DNA from: Gaiellales bacterium
Lineage (GTDB): Bacteria > Actinomycetota > Thermoleophilia > Gaiellales > JAICJC01
Length of the DNA: 64,000 nt
Direction of reading: 5' to 3'
Assembly: GCA_038212095.1 (NCBI GenBank)
Contig: JBBQUW010000003.1
Location: 15,927 to 79,926 of the forward strand
Shown: positions 38,143 to 46,539 of the stretch, piece by piece
Numbering within the stretch: position 1 is the first letter of the stretch
Layout: every line of letters starts with the position of its first letter
Position numbers and translations under genes: made by a program
The notes under the pieces: generated by a model
Told to the model about the DNA's origin: nothing
What the model saw: only the letters and a program-made list of their open reading frames with translations
Database searches by the model: none

Positions 38143-38344
38143 ATACCGGAGGAGGCCTCGGCTGGTCTCGGCTGACCTGGAGAAATGTGGGTTCGGGGGA
38201 TCGTTGGGGCGACCCGGCTCGGTGGTTCTCGGTGGGTCTGGGTGACACCCCAGTGACACCTCGGGACTCCGCCGCCGGTCATAACGTGCCCAGCTCGGAC
38301 ACCCGCGTACTCGAAGAGGACGCTCCTTCCGATCGCCGGATGCC

Positions 38345-40282
38345 TCAGCTGTCGCCGCGCAGGGTCTTGATGAAGATGCTTTGGGAGTCGGTGCCGACGG
38401 GGGTGAGGTTCATGGCGCCCGATTCGAACAGGATGTGGGTGCCGTCCGGGCTCCACTGACCGCGCATGGTGTCGTCGCTGGGGACGTTCTGGGGTGTCCC
38501 ATCGGCGGCGCTGGTGACGAGCGTGATGGCGCCGGTACGCACGTCTTTGACGAACAGATTCGCGATCCCCAGATCGGTCGGGGCGTTGGGAATCAGGTCT
38601 GTCGCTGCGGATTGGAAGAGCAGTTGGGTGCCGTCGGGACTCCACGCCGGCGTGGCACCGACCTGGCAGCTGTCGTTCCCCGGCGAGCCGTCTGGGGTGC
38701 TGCTTTCGAGCGTGACGGTACCCGTGGTGAGATCCTTGACGAACACCTGATCGGTGGGGGTTGATGGGTGGTCGACCGGGTAGCCCGCGATGAAGGCGAC
38801 CTGGGAGCCATCGGGGTTGAACGAACCCGCAACGCCGCTGACGGGCGCCCCGTCTCGCGTGCTGGTGACCAGCGTGAGCTGTCCCGTAGCCAGGTTCTTG
38901 GTGAAGATCCCATCGAAGTACCTAGGTGTGTTTGGGACGAGGTTGGTCGCGTCGGACTGGAACATCAGGCGCGTCCCATCGGGACTCCACTCGAGCCCGT
39001 GGTCGGCGCCGGAAAGGCCGTTCCCAGACGCACCTTGAGCTGTGCTGCTGGCGAGCGTCAGGGCGCCAGTCGTGATGTTCTTCACATACACGCTGCTTGT
39101 GTTCGTGTTCGACTGCCACGGCAACGACGACATCCACGTGAATGCCACCATCGTGCCGTCCGGGCTCCAGGCTGCGCCCGACGACTCACCGGGCTGCGGG
39201 ATGCCGTCTGCGTCACTGTTCACCACCGTCACCGCCCCCGTCACGAGCTGGATGACGTAGACGTTGAACGCGTTGGGAGCGAGGTAGGAGTTCGATGACG
39301 TTTCGAGGCTGATCGCGAGCATCGTCCCATCAGGGCTCCAGGACACAGCCCGGATGCTCCTACTGGCGCCCGGACCGCCAAAGCCCGCTGCATCGACGGG
39401 TGTCGTCACCCCGGTGGCGAGGCTGGTGACGAGAGCTTGCATGGGTAACTCGGTCCGCGGGTCGCGCGACGCGCTGAAGGCGATCCGCGAGCCGTCAGGA
39501 CTCCACATCACGTCGAGGATCACGCCACCGCCATAGACCAGAGTCACCGCCCCCGACCGAAGATCCTTCACGAACAAGCCCCCTGACGCCGCGCCGGAAA
39601 CGAGGTTCGTCGCCGGCGAGATGAATGCGACACGTGTCCCATCAGGACTCAGCAGGGGGTTATCAGACTGCTGGTTTGCCGGCGTCCCATCCGAGGCGCT
39701 GCTGACCAGCCGCACATCACCCAACGCGCCCGCGCCAAGCACAACGCCGCTCGCCGCGGAGTCTGCGACCGACGACCGGCCAGACGTGGATGCCACCACG
39801 CGCGCCAACACACGATGCCCGGCGTCGGCGACGGTCAGCAGGTGGCCGCGGCGAGTCGCTCCACGAATGTCGCGACACCGGTGGTTGGCGCAGCGTCGCC
39901 ATTGGTAGGAGTAGCGAATCGAGGTGCCCGCCCACGTCCCAGGTGTGACCGCCAGCCGCTGGCCCACCCGCGGCCGTCCCGCGCGGGCCGAGCTCGTGAT
40001 CGCGGGCAGCGTGCGAATCGCGGGTGCAGTCGGCGCCGCGATGGCGGTGGGCGCCACACTCACGCCGGTAGACCCGCGCGTCGCCGGTCCCGGATCGTGA
40101 CCAGACGGCCTGGTCGTGCGCGTCGCAAGCGCCGGACGGACATACACCGCCGCACCAGGCCGGGCGCTCCCAACGTGTGGCATCGGGGGCTGGGCGGCCG
40201 CGCCCGGGTCGCTCGACCCGGCCGCGACCAGCAGCGCGATCACGACCAACGCCCCGAGCGTCCAGGTCTGCCCTCCCACCAT
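38345..40282 (-). CDS. Secreted protein: Ig-like YQW..C module followed by PD40 (TolB-like WD40) beta-propeller repeats
   Basis: It has a signal peptide (LGALVVIALLVAAGSS). GQRLAVTPGTWAGTSIRYSYQWRRCANHRCRDIRGAT is the Ig-like module. At least seven SPDG(T/S) blades are present (LSPDGTRVAF, WSPDGSRIAF, WSPDGTMLA, WSPDGTMVAF, WSPDGTRLMF, FNPDGSQVAF, WSPDGTQLLF, WSPDGTHILF). Confidence 0.85.
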   Translation of the reverse strand: MVGGQTWTLGALVVIALLVAAGSSDPGAAAQPPMPHVGSARPGAAVYVRPALATRTTRPSGHDPGPATRGSTGVSVAPTAIAAPTAPAIRTLPAITSSARAGRPRVGQRLAVTPGTWAGTSIRYSYQWRRCANHRCRDIRGATRRGHLLTVADAGHRVLARVVASTSGRSSVADSAASGVVLGAGALGDVRLVSSASDGTPANQQSDNPLLSPDGTRVAFISPATNLVSGAASGGLFVKDLRSGAVTLVYGGGVILDVMWSPDGSRIAFSASRDPRTELPMQALVTSLATGVTTPVDAAGFGGPGASRSIRAVSWSPDGTMLAISLETSSNSYLAPNAFNVYVIQLVTGAVTVVNSDADGIPQPGESSGAAWSPDGTMVAFTWMSSLPWQSNTNTSSVYVKNITTGALTLASSTAQGASGNGLSGADHGLEWSPDGTRLMFQSDATNLVPNTPRYFDGIFTKNLATGQLTLVTSTRDGAPVSGVAGSFNPDGSQVAFIAGYPVDHPSTPTDQVFVKDLTTGTVTLESSTPDGSPGNDSCQVGATPAWSPDGTQLLFQSAATDLIPNAPTDLGIANLFVKDVRTGAITLVTSAADGTPQNVPSDDTMRGQWSPDGTHILFESGAMNLTPVGTDSQSIFIKTLRGDS

Positions 40283-40288
40283 GTCTTT

Positions 40289-40317
40289 ACAATCTCATTA
40301 CAAATAGCGTATGTCAA
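40289..40317 (-). promoter_or_regulatory. Candidate promoter TTGACA-17 nt-GATTGT placed so that the TSS coincides with the ATG (leaderless) of the beta-propeller gene
   Basis: On the minus strand, TTGACA lies at 40317..40312 and GATTGT at 40294..40289. The ATG A is 7 nt downstream of the -10 element. The stretch is AT-rich in a GC-rich genome. Confidence 0.3.
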
Positions 40318-40520
40318 GACGCCACCGTGGGCCAAGGCTGGCTCCGAGGGGCCGCTCTATGGGCTGGCGCATGGCGGCAGCTGTTGGGCGACCCGAGCCG
40401 CGCGCGCACCCCCGGCTTCGGCATCGTTGAATCCTCTGGGATCGTCGCGCAGATCCGAACGGCGACCGGGGGGCGCGGCACGATCATTCCGGCACCTATT
40501 ACCGCGCGATCAATCGTCGA

Positions 40521-40593
40521 TGGCGAGGGGCAGAGTCGAACTGCCGACACCGCGATTTTCAGTCGCGTGCTCTACCAACTGAGCTACCTCGCC
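40521..40593 (-). tRNA. tRNA-Phe (anticodon GAA)
   Basis: The reverse complement folds as a cloverleaf: GGCGAGG-TA-GCTC-AGTTGGTA-GAGC-A-CGCGA-CT-GAA-AA-TCGCG-GTGTC-GGCAG-TTCGACT-CTGCC-CCTCGCC-A. All four stems are Watson-Crick. CCA is not encoded. Confidence 0.95.
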
Positions 40594-40740
40594 GCGGCGC
40601 GCAGTCTACCGCGGCACTCCTGGCCCCGTCCCCATCACGGATGCCACACGCCGGGCACGCGCAGAAGCGGCCTCCGGGACGGTGTTACCGCTCCACGAAG
40701 GCCGCTGATAACGGTATCTCACCACTCCGCGCGGCCCGCG

Positions 40741-41556
40741 TCAAGGGGCGAACTGCAGCTGCACCTCGTTGCCCGATTCGGCATCGATCAGCTCGGCCGC
40801 GCTGCCGCGGTTGATCGCGATCGAGAGCCGCTGCTCGGAGTCCTCGAACACCACCAGCTCGCCCTCGCCGACATCGGCGAAGGTGAGGGCACAGGCGGCG
40901 TAGTAGCGGTCGTCGCCGCGTGCCAACTCGACCCTCCGGCCGCTCTCGAACAGATCGCCGAGATCGTTCAGACCCACCGACAGCTGCACGTTCCCGAAGC
41001 GGTCGACATGCTGAACCGACGCCTGCAGCAGCGTGCCCTCGAGCAGGAACCCCGGCTCGACCGGCCGCACCAGCGACCCGACCTCGACCTCGGAGCCGAG
41101 CAGACGCGGGTCGAGCCCGGCCGCCAGGTGACCGGCCACCGGCGCGAACACGTCCCGGCCGTGGAAGGTGCGGGAGACCGCGTCCAGCATGTACTCGGCG
41201 TTGCTGATCTCGACCGCCAGTTCGATCCCGCCGCACGCCTCGGCCGCCGGCACCAGCAGCCCGTTGTCCGGCCCCACGAACAGCCGGCCGTCGCCGCTCC
41301 TCAGCGCGACCGCGCGACGCTGTGAGCCGACGCCGGGATCGACCACCGCCATGTGCACGCCCACCGGCAGGAACGCGATCGAGGCCGCCAGCACCCGCGC
41401 GCCCTGCCCCACCGCCTGGGCATCGATGCCGTGCGCGAGGTGGATCACCTCGGCCTCGGGACACGTGCGCATGATCACGCCGTGGCAGATGCCGACGAAC
41501 GGATCGGCCGAGCCAAAGTCGGACAGGAAGGTGACCACGGGGCGCATCCCGCTCAC
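40741..41556 (-). CDS. SAM hydroxide adenosyltransferase family protein (DUF62; chlorinase/fluorinase-like fold)
   Basis: VVTFLSDFGSADPFVG...HMAVVDPGVGSQRR...FVGPDNGLL. GTGA overlap with cobA/hemD. Confidence 0.85.
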   Translation of the reverse strand: MSGMRPVVTFLSDFGSADPFVGICHGVIMRTCPEAEVIHLAHGIDAQAVGQGARVLAASIAFLPVGVHMAVVDPGVGSQRRAVALRSGDGRLFVGPDNGLLVPAAEACGGIELAVEISNAEYMLDAVSRTFHGRDVFAPVAGHLAAGLDPRLLGSEVEVGSLVRPVEPGFLLEGTLLQASVQHVDRFGNVQLSVGLNDLGDLFESGRRVELARGDDRYYAACALTFADVGEGELVVFEDSEQRLSIAINRGSAAELIDAESGNEVQLQFAP

Positions 41557-42986
41557 TGTACCGCGGCCCGCAGCACCGCCTCCACCAGGCCGTCGACGTC
41601 GTGCGGGTCGGCCTCCACCAGCGGCTCGACGCCGTGTTCGCGCAGCGTGGCGCTGGTCACCGGTCCGATCGAGACCGCCCGCAGCGCCGAGAGGTCGCGA
41701 CCGGCCAGCGCCTCGACCACGTTGCTGACCGTCGACGAGGAGGTGAACGTGACGAGGTCGGCGGCGAGCACCGCGTCCGCCTCGACCCGTTCGCGGCGCG
41801 TGCGGTAGAGATGCACCACCTCCACCTGGGCGCCGCGTTCACGCAGGCCGTCGGCCAGCACCGGGCGCGCGCCCTCGGCGGTGGCCACCAGCACGCGGCG
41901 GCCGCGCACGTCGCCCAGCGCTTCCAGCAGCGACTCGGACACGGCCTGCTCGGCAACCACGTCCGACACCACGCCGCGCTCAGCAATCGCCGCCGCTGTC
42001 GCGCGGCCGACCGCAGCCACCGTGACGCCGTGCAGCGCGCGCACGTCTCCGGCCAGCAGCCGGGCGACGCCGTTGGCGCTGGTCAGGCAGACGACGTCGT
42101 ACCGCGACAGGTCGGCAACCGTGAACGGCAGCGGCTCGATCGCGATCGCCGGCGCCTCCACCACGTCGGCACCCAACTCGGACAGCCGCGCCGCCAGCTG
42201 GCTGGCCTGGGGTCGGGCGCGGGTGACGACCACCCGCCGGCCGAACAGAGGCCGCCGCTCGAACCAGTTCAGCCGCTCGTGCAGCGTGGCCACCTCGCCC
42301 ACCAGCGTGATCGCCGGCGGCCGCAGCTCGGCGGCGGCCGCCGCGATCGAGTCCAGCCGCGCGGTCACGGTGCGCTGGGCGGGCCGCGTGCCGCTCGCGA
42401 TCACGGCGGCCGGCGTGGACGGCGACATGCCACCGGCGATCAGACGCTGCGCGTTGTCGGCCAGCGCGGCCACGCCCATCAGGAACACCAACGTGCCCGG
42501 CGTGGTTGCCAGCGAGGCCCAGTCCAGATCGCTCTGCGGCTTGGTCGGGTCCTCGTGCCCCGTCACCACCGTCACCTGCGCCGCCATGCCCCGCTGCGTT
42601 ACCGGTATGCCGGCGTAGGCCGGGACGGCGTAGGCGGACGAGATACCGGGGACGACCTCCCATGCGATGCCGGCCGCCTCCAGCACCAGCGCCTCCTCGC
42701 CGCCTCGACCGAAGATGAACGGGTCGCCGCCTTTCAGCCGCACCACGCAGACGCAACGGCGGCCCAGCTCGACCAGCAGCGCGTTGATCTCATCCTGGCT
42801 GAGCGCGTGCCGCTTCGCCTCTTTGCCGGCGTAGAAGCGCTCGGCAGCCGGGTTCGCCATCGCCACGATGCGCGGATCGGCGAGCCGGTCATAGACGAGG
42901 GCGTCGGAGCGCTCGAGCAGCTCGTGCCCGCGCATCGTCAGCAGTCCGGGATCGCCGGGGCCAGCCCCGACCAGGTAGACGGTCAC
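41553..42986 (-). CDS. cobA: Bifunctional uroporphyrinogen-III C-methyltransferase / uroporphyrinogen-III synthase
   Basis: The N-terminal half shows VYLVGAGPGDPGLLT...RLKGGDPFIFGRGGEE (SUMT). The C-terminal half of about 230 aa is HemD-like. Confidence 0.88.
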   Translation of the reverse strand: MTVYLVGAGPGDPGLLTMRGHELLERSDALVYDRLADPRIVAMANPAAERFYAGKEAKRHALSQDEINALLVELGRRCVCVVRLKGGDPFIFGRGGEEALVLEAAGIAWEVVPGISSAYAVPAYAGIPVTQRGMAAQVTVVTGHEDPTKPQSDLDWASLATTPGTLVFLMGVAALADNAQRLIAGGMSPSTPAAVIASGTRPAQRTVTARLDSIAAAAAELRPPAITLVGEVATLHERLNWFERRPLFGRRVVVTRARPQASQLAARLSELGADVVEAPAIAIEPLPFTVADLSRYDVVCLTSANGVARLLAGDVRALHGVTVAAVGRATAAAIAERGVVSDVVAEQAVSESLLEALGDVRGRRVLVATAEGARPVLADGLRERGAQVEVVHLYRTRRERVEADAVLAADLVTFTSSSTVSNVVEALAGRDLSALRAVSIGPVTSATLREHGVEPLVEADPHDVDGLVEAVLRAAVQ

Positions 42987-43741
42987 GCCGCCACCCAGGA
43001 GCGCAGCTGCAGCTCGCCATGCTCATGCCAGGCGTGGGCAGCCACAGCCACCGTGCAGCCGCCGCCCAGCTCGGCCACGCGCGCCCGCTCAGCATCAAGC
43101 TGGGCGTGTGACGGTCCATGGTCGAGCGAGGACACCAGCGACTCCTCGCCCCTGCGCACCTGCAGCGCCAGCGCGCCCTGGCCGGCCTCCGGCACGAACT
43201 CGACCGGGTCGAAGCAGAAGGCGATCCGCGCCTCCAGACCGAGCCTGATCAGACCCGCCGCGGCCAGCACGATCGCATCGGCCTCACCCGCGTCGAGCTT
43301 CCGCAGCCGGGTGTCGACGTTACCGCGCAGCGGCACAACCTCCAGCCCCGGCCGCAGCGCCCGTAGCAGCGCCTGGCGACGGGCCGATGAGGTGCCGATG
43401 CGGGAACCGTCCGGGATCTCGGCCAGGCTGGGGAACGGCCCGCAGCAGGCATCGCGCGGATCCTCGCGCTCGGGCACGGCGGCGATCGCAAGCGCCTGGG
43501 CGGGCTCGCCGGTGAGATCCTTGGCACTGTGGACGGCGACGTCGATGCGGCCGTCCAGCAGCGCCCGCTCGATCTCGCCCGTGAACGCGCCGCGGCCATC
43601 ACCGATCTGGTCGAAGCGGCTGTCGCGCTGGCGGTCGCCGGCCGTCTCGATGACGACGATCTCGGCATCATCCAACCGCTCGGCGACCCAGCCCGCCTGG
43701 GCCATCGCCAGCGCGCTGCCGCGCGTGCCGATCCGGATCAC
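42983..43741 (-). CDS. hemC: Hydroxymethylbilane synthase (porphobilinogen deaminase), short form
   Basis: IRIGTRGSALAMAQ...HSAKDL...RGNVDTRLRKL...GGGC is present, including the cofactor Cys. It is only 252 aa and ends 23 residues after the Cys. Confidence 0.88.
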   Translation of the reverse strand: MIRIGTRGSALAMAQAGWVAERLDDAEIVVIETAGDRQRDSRFDQIGDGRGAFTGEIERALLDGRIDVAVHSAKDLTGEPAQALAIAAVPEREDPRDACCGPFPSLAEIPDGSRIGTSSARRQALLRALRPGLEVVPLRGNVDTRLRKLDAGEADAIVLAAAGLIRLGLEARIAFCFDPVEFVPEAGQGALALQVRRGEESLVSSLDHGPSHAQLDAERARVAELGGGCTVAVAAHAWHEHGELQLRSWVAA

Positions 43742-44997
43742 AGCTGCTGCGTGAGCCCGAACAGCTCGTTCATCGCGGCCACGTGCGAGGAGTCGCCATG
43801 ACCGGCCGCCAGCTCCTTGAGGCGCACCGTGGGCCGATGCAGCAGCTTGTTCAGCATGCTTCGCGTCAGCTGGTCGAGCCGCTCGCGGTCGGCGTCGCCG
43901 AGGCCCTCCCAGCGCCCCTCCATCCGCTCCAGCTCGCCCAGCCGGATCTGCTCGGCCAGCGCGCGCAGCTGCGTGATCGCGGGCACCACCTCCAGCGCCG
44001 CCAGCCAGTGGCGGAACTCGTCCGCCTGCTCGGCCACGATCGCTCGCGCCTGCAGCGCCTCGCCCTGGCGCAGGCCGATGTTGCGCAGCACGGTCTCCTC
44101 CAGATCGTCCACGTTGACCAGCGTCACGCCATCGATCTCCCCAACCGCCGGGTCGATGTCGCGTGGCACGGCGAGATCGACCAGCACCCGCCGCCCCGGC
44201 GGCACGTCGTCGGGCCCGATCAGCGGCCGGTCGGACAGCGTCGAGGTGACGACCACGTCGGCGGCCGCGACCGCCGCCGGCAGGTCATCGAAGTCGGCCA
44301 CCGTGCCATCGAACCGCTCGGCCAGTGCCAGCGCCCGCTCGGGGCTGCGATTGGTGACAACGATCCGCACGCCGCCGCGCGAGGCCAGGTTCTGGGCGAC
44401 CAGCTCGGCCACCTTGCCGGCGCCGACGATCAGCACCGTCGATCCGTCCAGGCCACCCAGACGGCCGCGCACCAGCTCAGCCGCCACCGACGCCACGGAC
44501 GCGTTCGAGCGGCCGATCGCCGTCTCGTGCCGCACCCGCTTGCCGGCCTCCAGCGCCTCGTGGAACAGCCGGTTGGAGACGGTGCCGGTCGAGCCCATCT
44601 CCAGCGCGTGCTGGTAGGACTCGCGGATCTGGGCCAGGATCTGGGCCTCGCCGGGCACCAGCGAGTCGAGCCCGCCGGCCACCGCGAACAGGTGCTCGGC
44701 CGCATCGCCGCCCTCGTGCACGTACAGCAGCGGCTCGACCTCCGATTCGCTGCGGTTCGCATACGCCGCCAGCCGGCGCACCGCTGCCTCGCGCATCGCA
44801 CCGGGGTCGGCGCCCACCATGTACAGCTCGCAGCGGTTGCAGGTAGAGATGCCGACCGCCTCGATCACGGCCTGCTCCGAGATCACGGCCTCGATCAGCC
44901 GCTCGCCGTGCGCCTGGGCCGCGAGCTGCTCGCGCACGCCGATCGGGGCGTGCCGGTGGCTGGTGCCGACCAGCAGCAGGTGCACGGGGTCAGGCAT
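43738..44997 (-). CDS. hemA: Glutamyl-tRNA reductase
   Basis: LLLVGTSHRHAPIGVRE...STCNRCELY...GAGKVAE. Confidence 0.92.
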   Translation of the reverse strand: MPDPVHLLLVGTSHRHAPIGVREQLAAQAHGERLIEAVISEQAVIEAVGISTCNRCELYMVGADPGAMREAAVRRLAAYANRSESEVEPLLYVHEGGDAAEHLFAVAGGLDSLVPGEAQILAQIRESYQHALEMGSTGTVSNRLFHEALEAGKRVRHETAIGRSNASVASVAAELVRGRLGGLDGSTVLIVGAGKVAELVAQNLASRGGVRIVVTNRSPERALALAERFDGTVADFDDLPAAVAAADVVVTSTLSDRPLIGPDDVPPGRRVLVDLAVPRDIDPAVGEIDGVTLVNVDDLEETVLRNIGLRQGEALQARAIVAEQADEFRHWLAALEVVPAITQLRALAEQIRLGELERMEGRWEGLGDADRERLDQLTRSMLNKLLHRPTVRLKELAAGHGDSSHVAAMNELFGLTQQL

Positions 44998-45148
44998 CGG
45001 CGGCCGCCTGCAGGGTATGGGCGATCTCGTCCAGCTGGCGCTCGAGACGGGCGAACTTCGCGTTCAGGATGGCGATGTAGGCCAGCGTGACCACCCACGC
45101 CAGCCCGTAGACGGCCGCCACTGACTTGACCGCGAACTCGCTGATCAC
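44990..45148 (-). CDS. ccmD: Heme exporter protein D-like small membrane protein
   Basis: 52 aa with one TM helix (AAVYGLAWVVTLAYIAIL). The GTG overlaps the ccmC TGA (GTGA), and the position after ccmC fits. It appears in the track only as the tail of a longer ORF. Confidence 0.6.
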   Translation of the reverse strand: MISEFAVKSVAAVYGLAWVVTLAYIAILNAKFARLERQLDEIAHTLQAAADA

Positions 45149-45858
45149 GCCCGGCCCTCGGCCAGTTGCCGGATCTGGCGCACGCGCTCGTCGATGCGCT
45201 TGCCGCGCATCTCGACCAGGTACATCGTCACGGCCAGCAACAGCATGGCGGCCAGCGCGACCAGGAACGTCAGGAACATGCTGCCATCCATGTTGGCACC
45301 GCTCGAGTTGAAGGTGATTGGATGGATCAGCTCGTTCTGCTGCGCGAAGCGCACGCCCAACACCGACAGCGGGATCAGTCCCACTCCCAGCAGCGCGTAC
45401 ACAGCCGAGTAGGTCGAGCGCCGCTCGCCCGCCTCGACCGAGAACCGCAGCATGAAGTAGGCGCAGTTGAACAGGAAGATGATCAGGAATGTGGTTAGCT
45501 GCGTATCGCCCCAAAACCACCACGTGTTCCACGAGATGTTGGCCCAGATCGAGCCTGTCACCAGCGTCAGCGAGCCGAAGATGACGCCAAGATGCATGGG
45601 CACGTAGCTCTTCAGGTCGAGCGACTCGTCCCGCTTCCAGAGGTAGCGGGCGGCGTTCACGGCACCCCATGCGAACAGGCAGTACGTCGTCACAGCGATC
45701 GGAACGTGGAAGTAAAAGATGCGCTGCGAGTAGCCCTGGTCGGCGTCGGTTGGGACGTAGAAGAAGATCATCGCCAACGCCAACGCCATCAGCGCGGCCG
45801 CCGCCGTGGCGGCCACCGTCGCCCGGTCGGGGCGGGCACTGCGCGAGCCGATCTCCAC
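45145..45858 (-). CDS. ccmC: Heme exporter protein C
   Basis: IFYFHVPIA, the Trp-rich WNTWWFWGDTQLTT motif and a second conserved His (LIHPI) are present. 237 aa. Confidence 0.85.
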   Translation of the reverse strand: MEIGSRSARPDRATVAATAAAALMALALAMIFFYVPTDADQGYSQRIFYFHVPIAVTTYCLFAWGAVNAARYLWKRDESLDLKSYVPMHLGVIFGSLTLVTGSIWANISWNTWWFWGDTQLTTFLIIFLFNCAYFMLRFSVEAGERRSTYSAVYALLGVGLIPLSVLGVRFAQQNELIHPITFNSSGANMDGSMFLTFLVALAAMLLLAVTMYLVEMRGKRIDERVRQIRQLAEGRA

Positions 45859-45861
45859 TGT

Positions 45862-46539
45862 TCAGTCCTCCACGACGTACTCGAAAAGCGCCCAGCCCAA
45901 GAGTCCAAAGATCGTATCATAGAGGGCCAGGAAACCGAGCCCTTCAAGGGTCGCGGAACCGCCTGTTTGCGGGGAAATCGTCCCCACGCTGACGCGGACG
46001 GCGACCGTCACGAGCGGCACTGCGAAGGGCAGGAACAGCACCGGCAGCAGCACCTCGCGGGCGTGCACCTGCGAGGCCAGACCGGCCAGCAGCGAACCCA
46101 GCATCGCCACGCCCAGGTCGGCCAGCAGCAACGCCGCCACCAACACCCCCAGCGACGGCGGATTCCCGTCCTGAAGGAAGAACAGCCAGAACAGTGGCAG
46201 CGCGATGGCCTGGGTGACGATCAGAAATGCCAGCGTCGCGGTCGATCGAGCGGCCCAGATGGCGGCGCGATCGATCGGCGCCGACAGGATGCCGTCCCAG
46301 ATGCCGTGCTCGCGCTCCTGCGCGAAACTGCGCACGAGCGCCAGCATCGAGGTGAACACGACCACCACCCACAGCAGGCCGGTGGCGGCGCGCGTGCCTC
46401 CCGCCTGGGTCGCGCCGCCCAGGCCGAACCGCACCAGCAGCAGTGCTCCCAGCGCGAACGCCAGCATCGCCGGCACCAGCTCGCGGCCGCGCAGCTCGAG
46501 CAGGAGATCCTTGCGCAGTAGCGCCCGGTACGCTCTCAC
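45862..46539 (-). CDS. ccmB: Heme exporter protein B
   Basis: 225 aa with six TM helices. FAQEREHGIWDGILSAP resembles the CcmB motif. It lies between ccmA and ccmC. Confidence 0.82.
   Translation of the reverse strand: MRAYRALLRKDLLLELRGRELVPAMLAFALGALLLVRFGLGGATQAGGTRAATGLLWVVVVFTSMLALVRSFAQEREHGIWDGILSAPIDRAAIWAARSTATLAFLIVTQAIALPLFWLFFLQDGNPPSLGVLVAALLLADLGVAMLGSLLAGLASQVHAREVLLPVLFLPFAVPLVTVAVRVSVGTISPQTGGSATLEGLGFLALYDTIFGLLGWALFEYVVED

Larger units (their letters stand above)
38100..40520. mobile_element. Putative remnant or minimal integrated element at the 3' end of tRNA-Phe (no integrase present)
   Basis: It is bounded by the tRNA and a direct repeat of the tRNA 3' half. It holds a single cargo gene with visibly more A/T-ending codons than its neighbours. 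Confidence 0.45.

Noticed and set aside
38100-38175. Possible second tRNA gene or tRNA pseudogene at the distal repeat.
   Set aside because: Only the anticodon-loop-to-3'-end part is present. The adjacent sequence (ATACCGGAGGAGGCCTCGG...) cannot supply D or acceptor arms, so I treat it as an att-type partial duplication.
40177-41325. 382-aa plus-strand ORF crossing the island edge, tRNA-Phe and the DUF62 gene.
   Set aside because: It runs through a tRNA gene and lies antisense to a conserved CDS. Its composition is low-complexity Arg/Pro/Ala.
41601-43754. 717-aa ORF on the plus strand, with similar long ORFs at 43783..45090, 49771..52485 and 28504..30471.
   Set aside because: All of them lie antisense to well-supported genes (cobA/hemD, hemC, hemA, otsA, treT, ftsH). 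They have Arg/Gly/His/Pro-rich compositions and no motifs, so they are high-GC artefacts.
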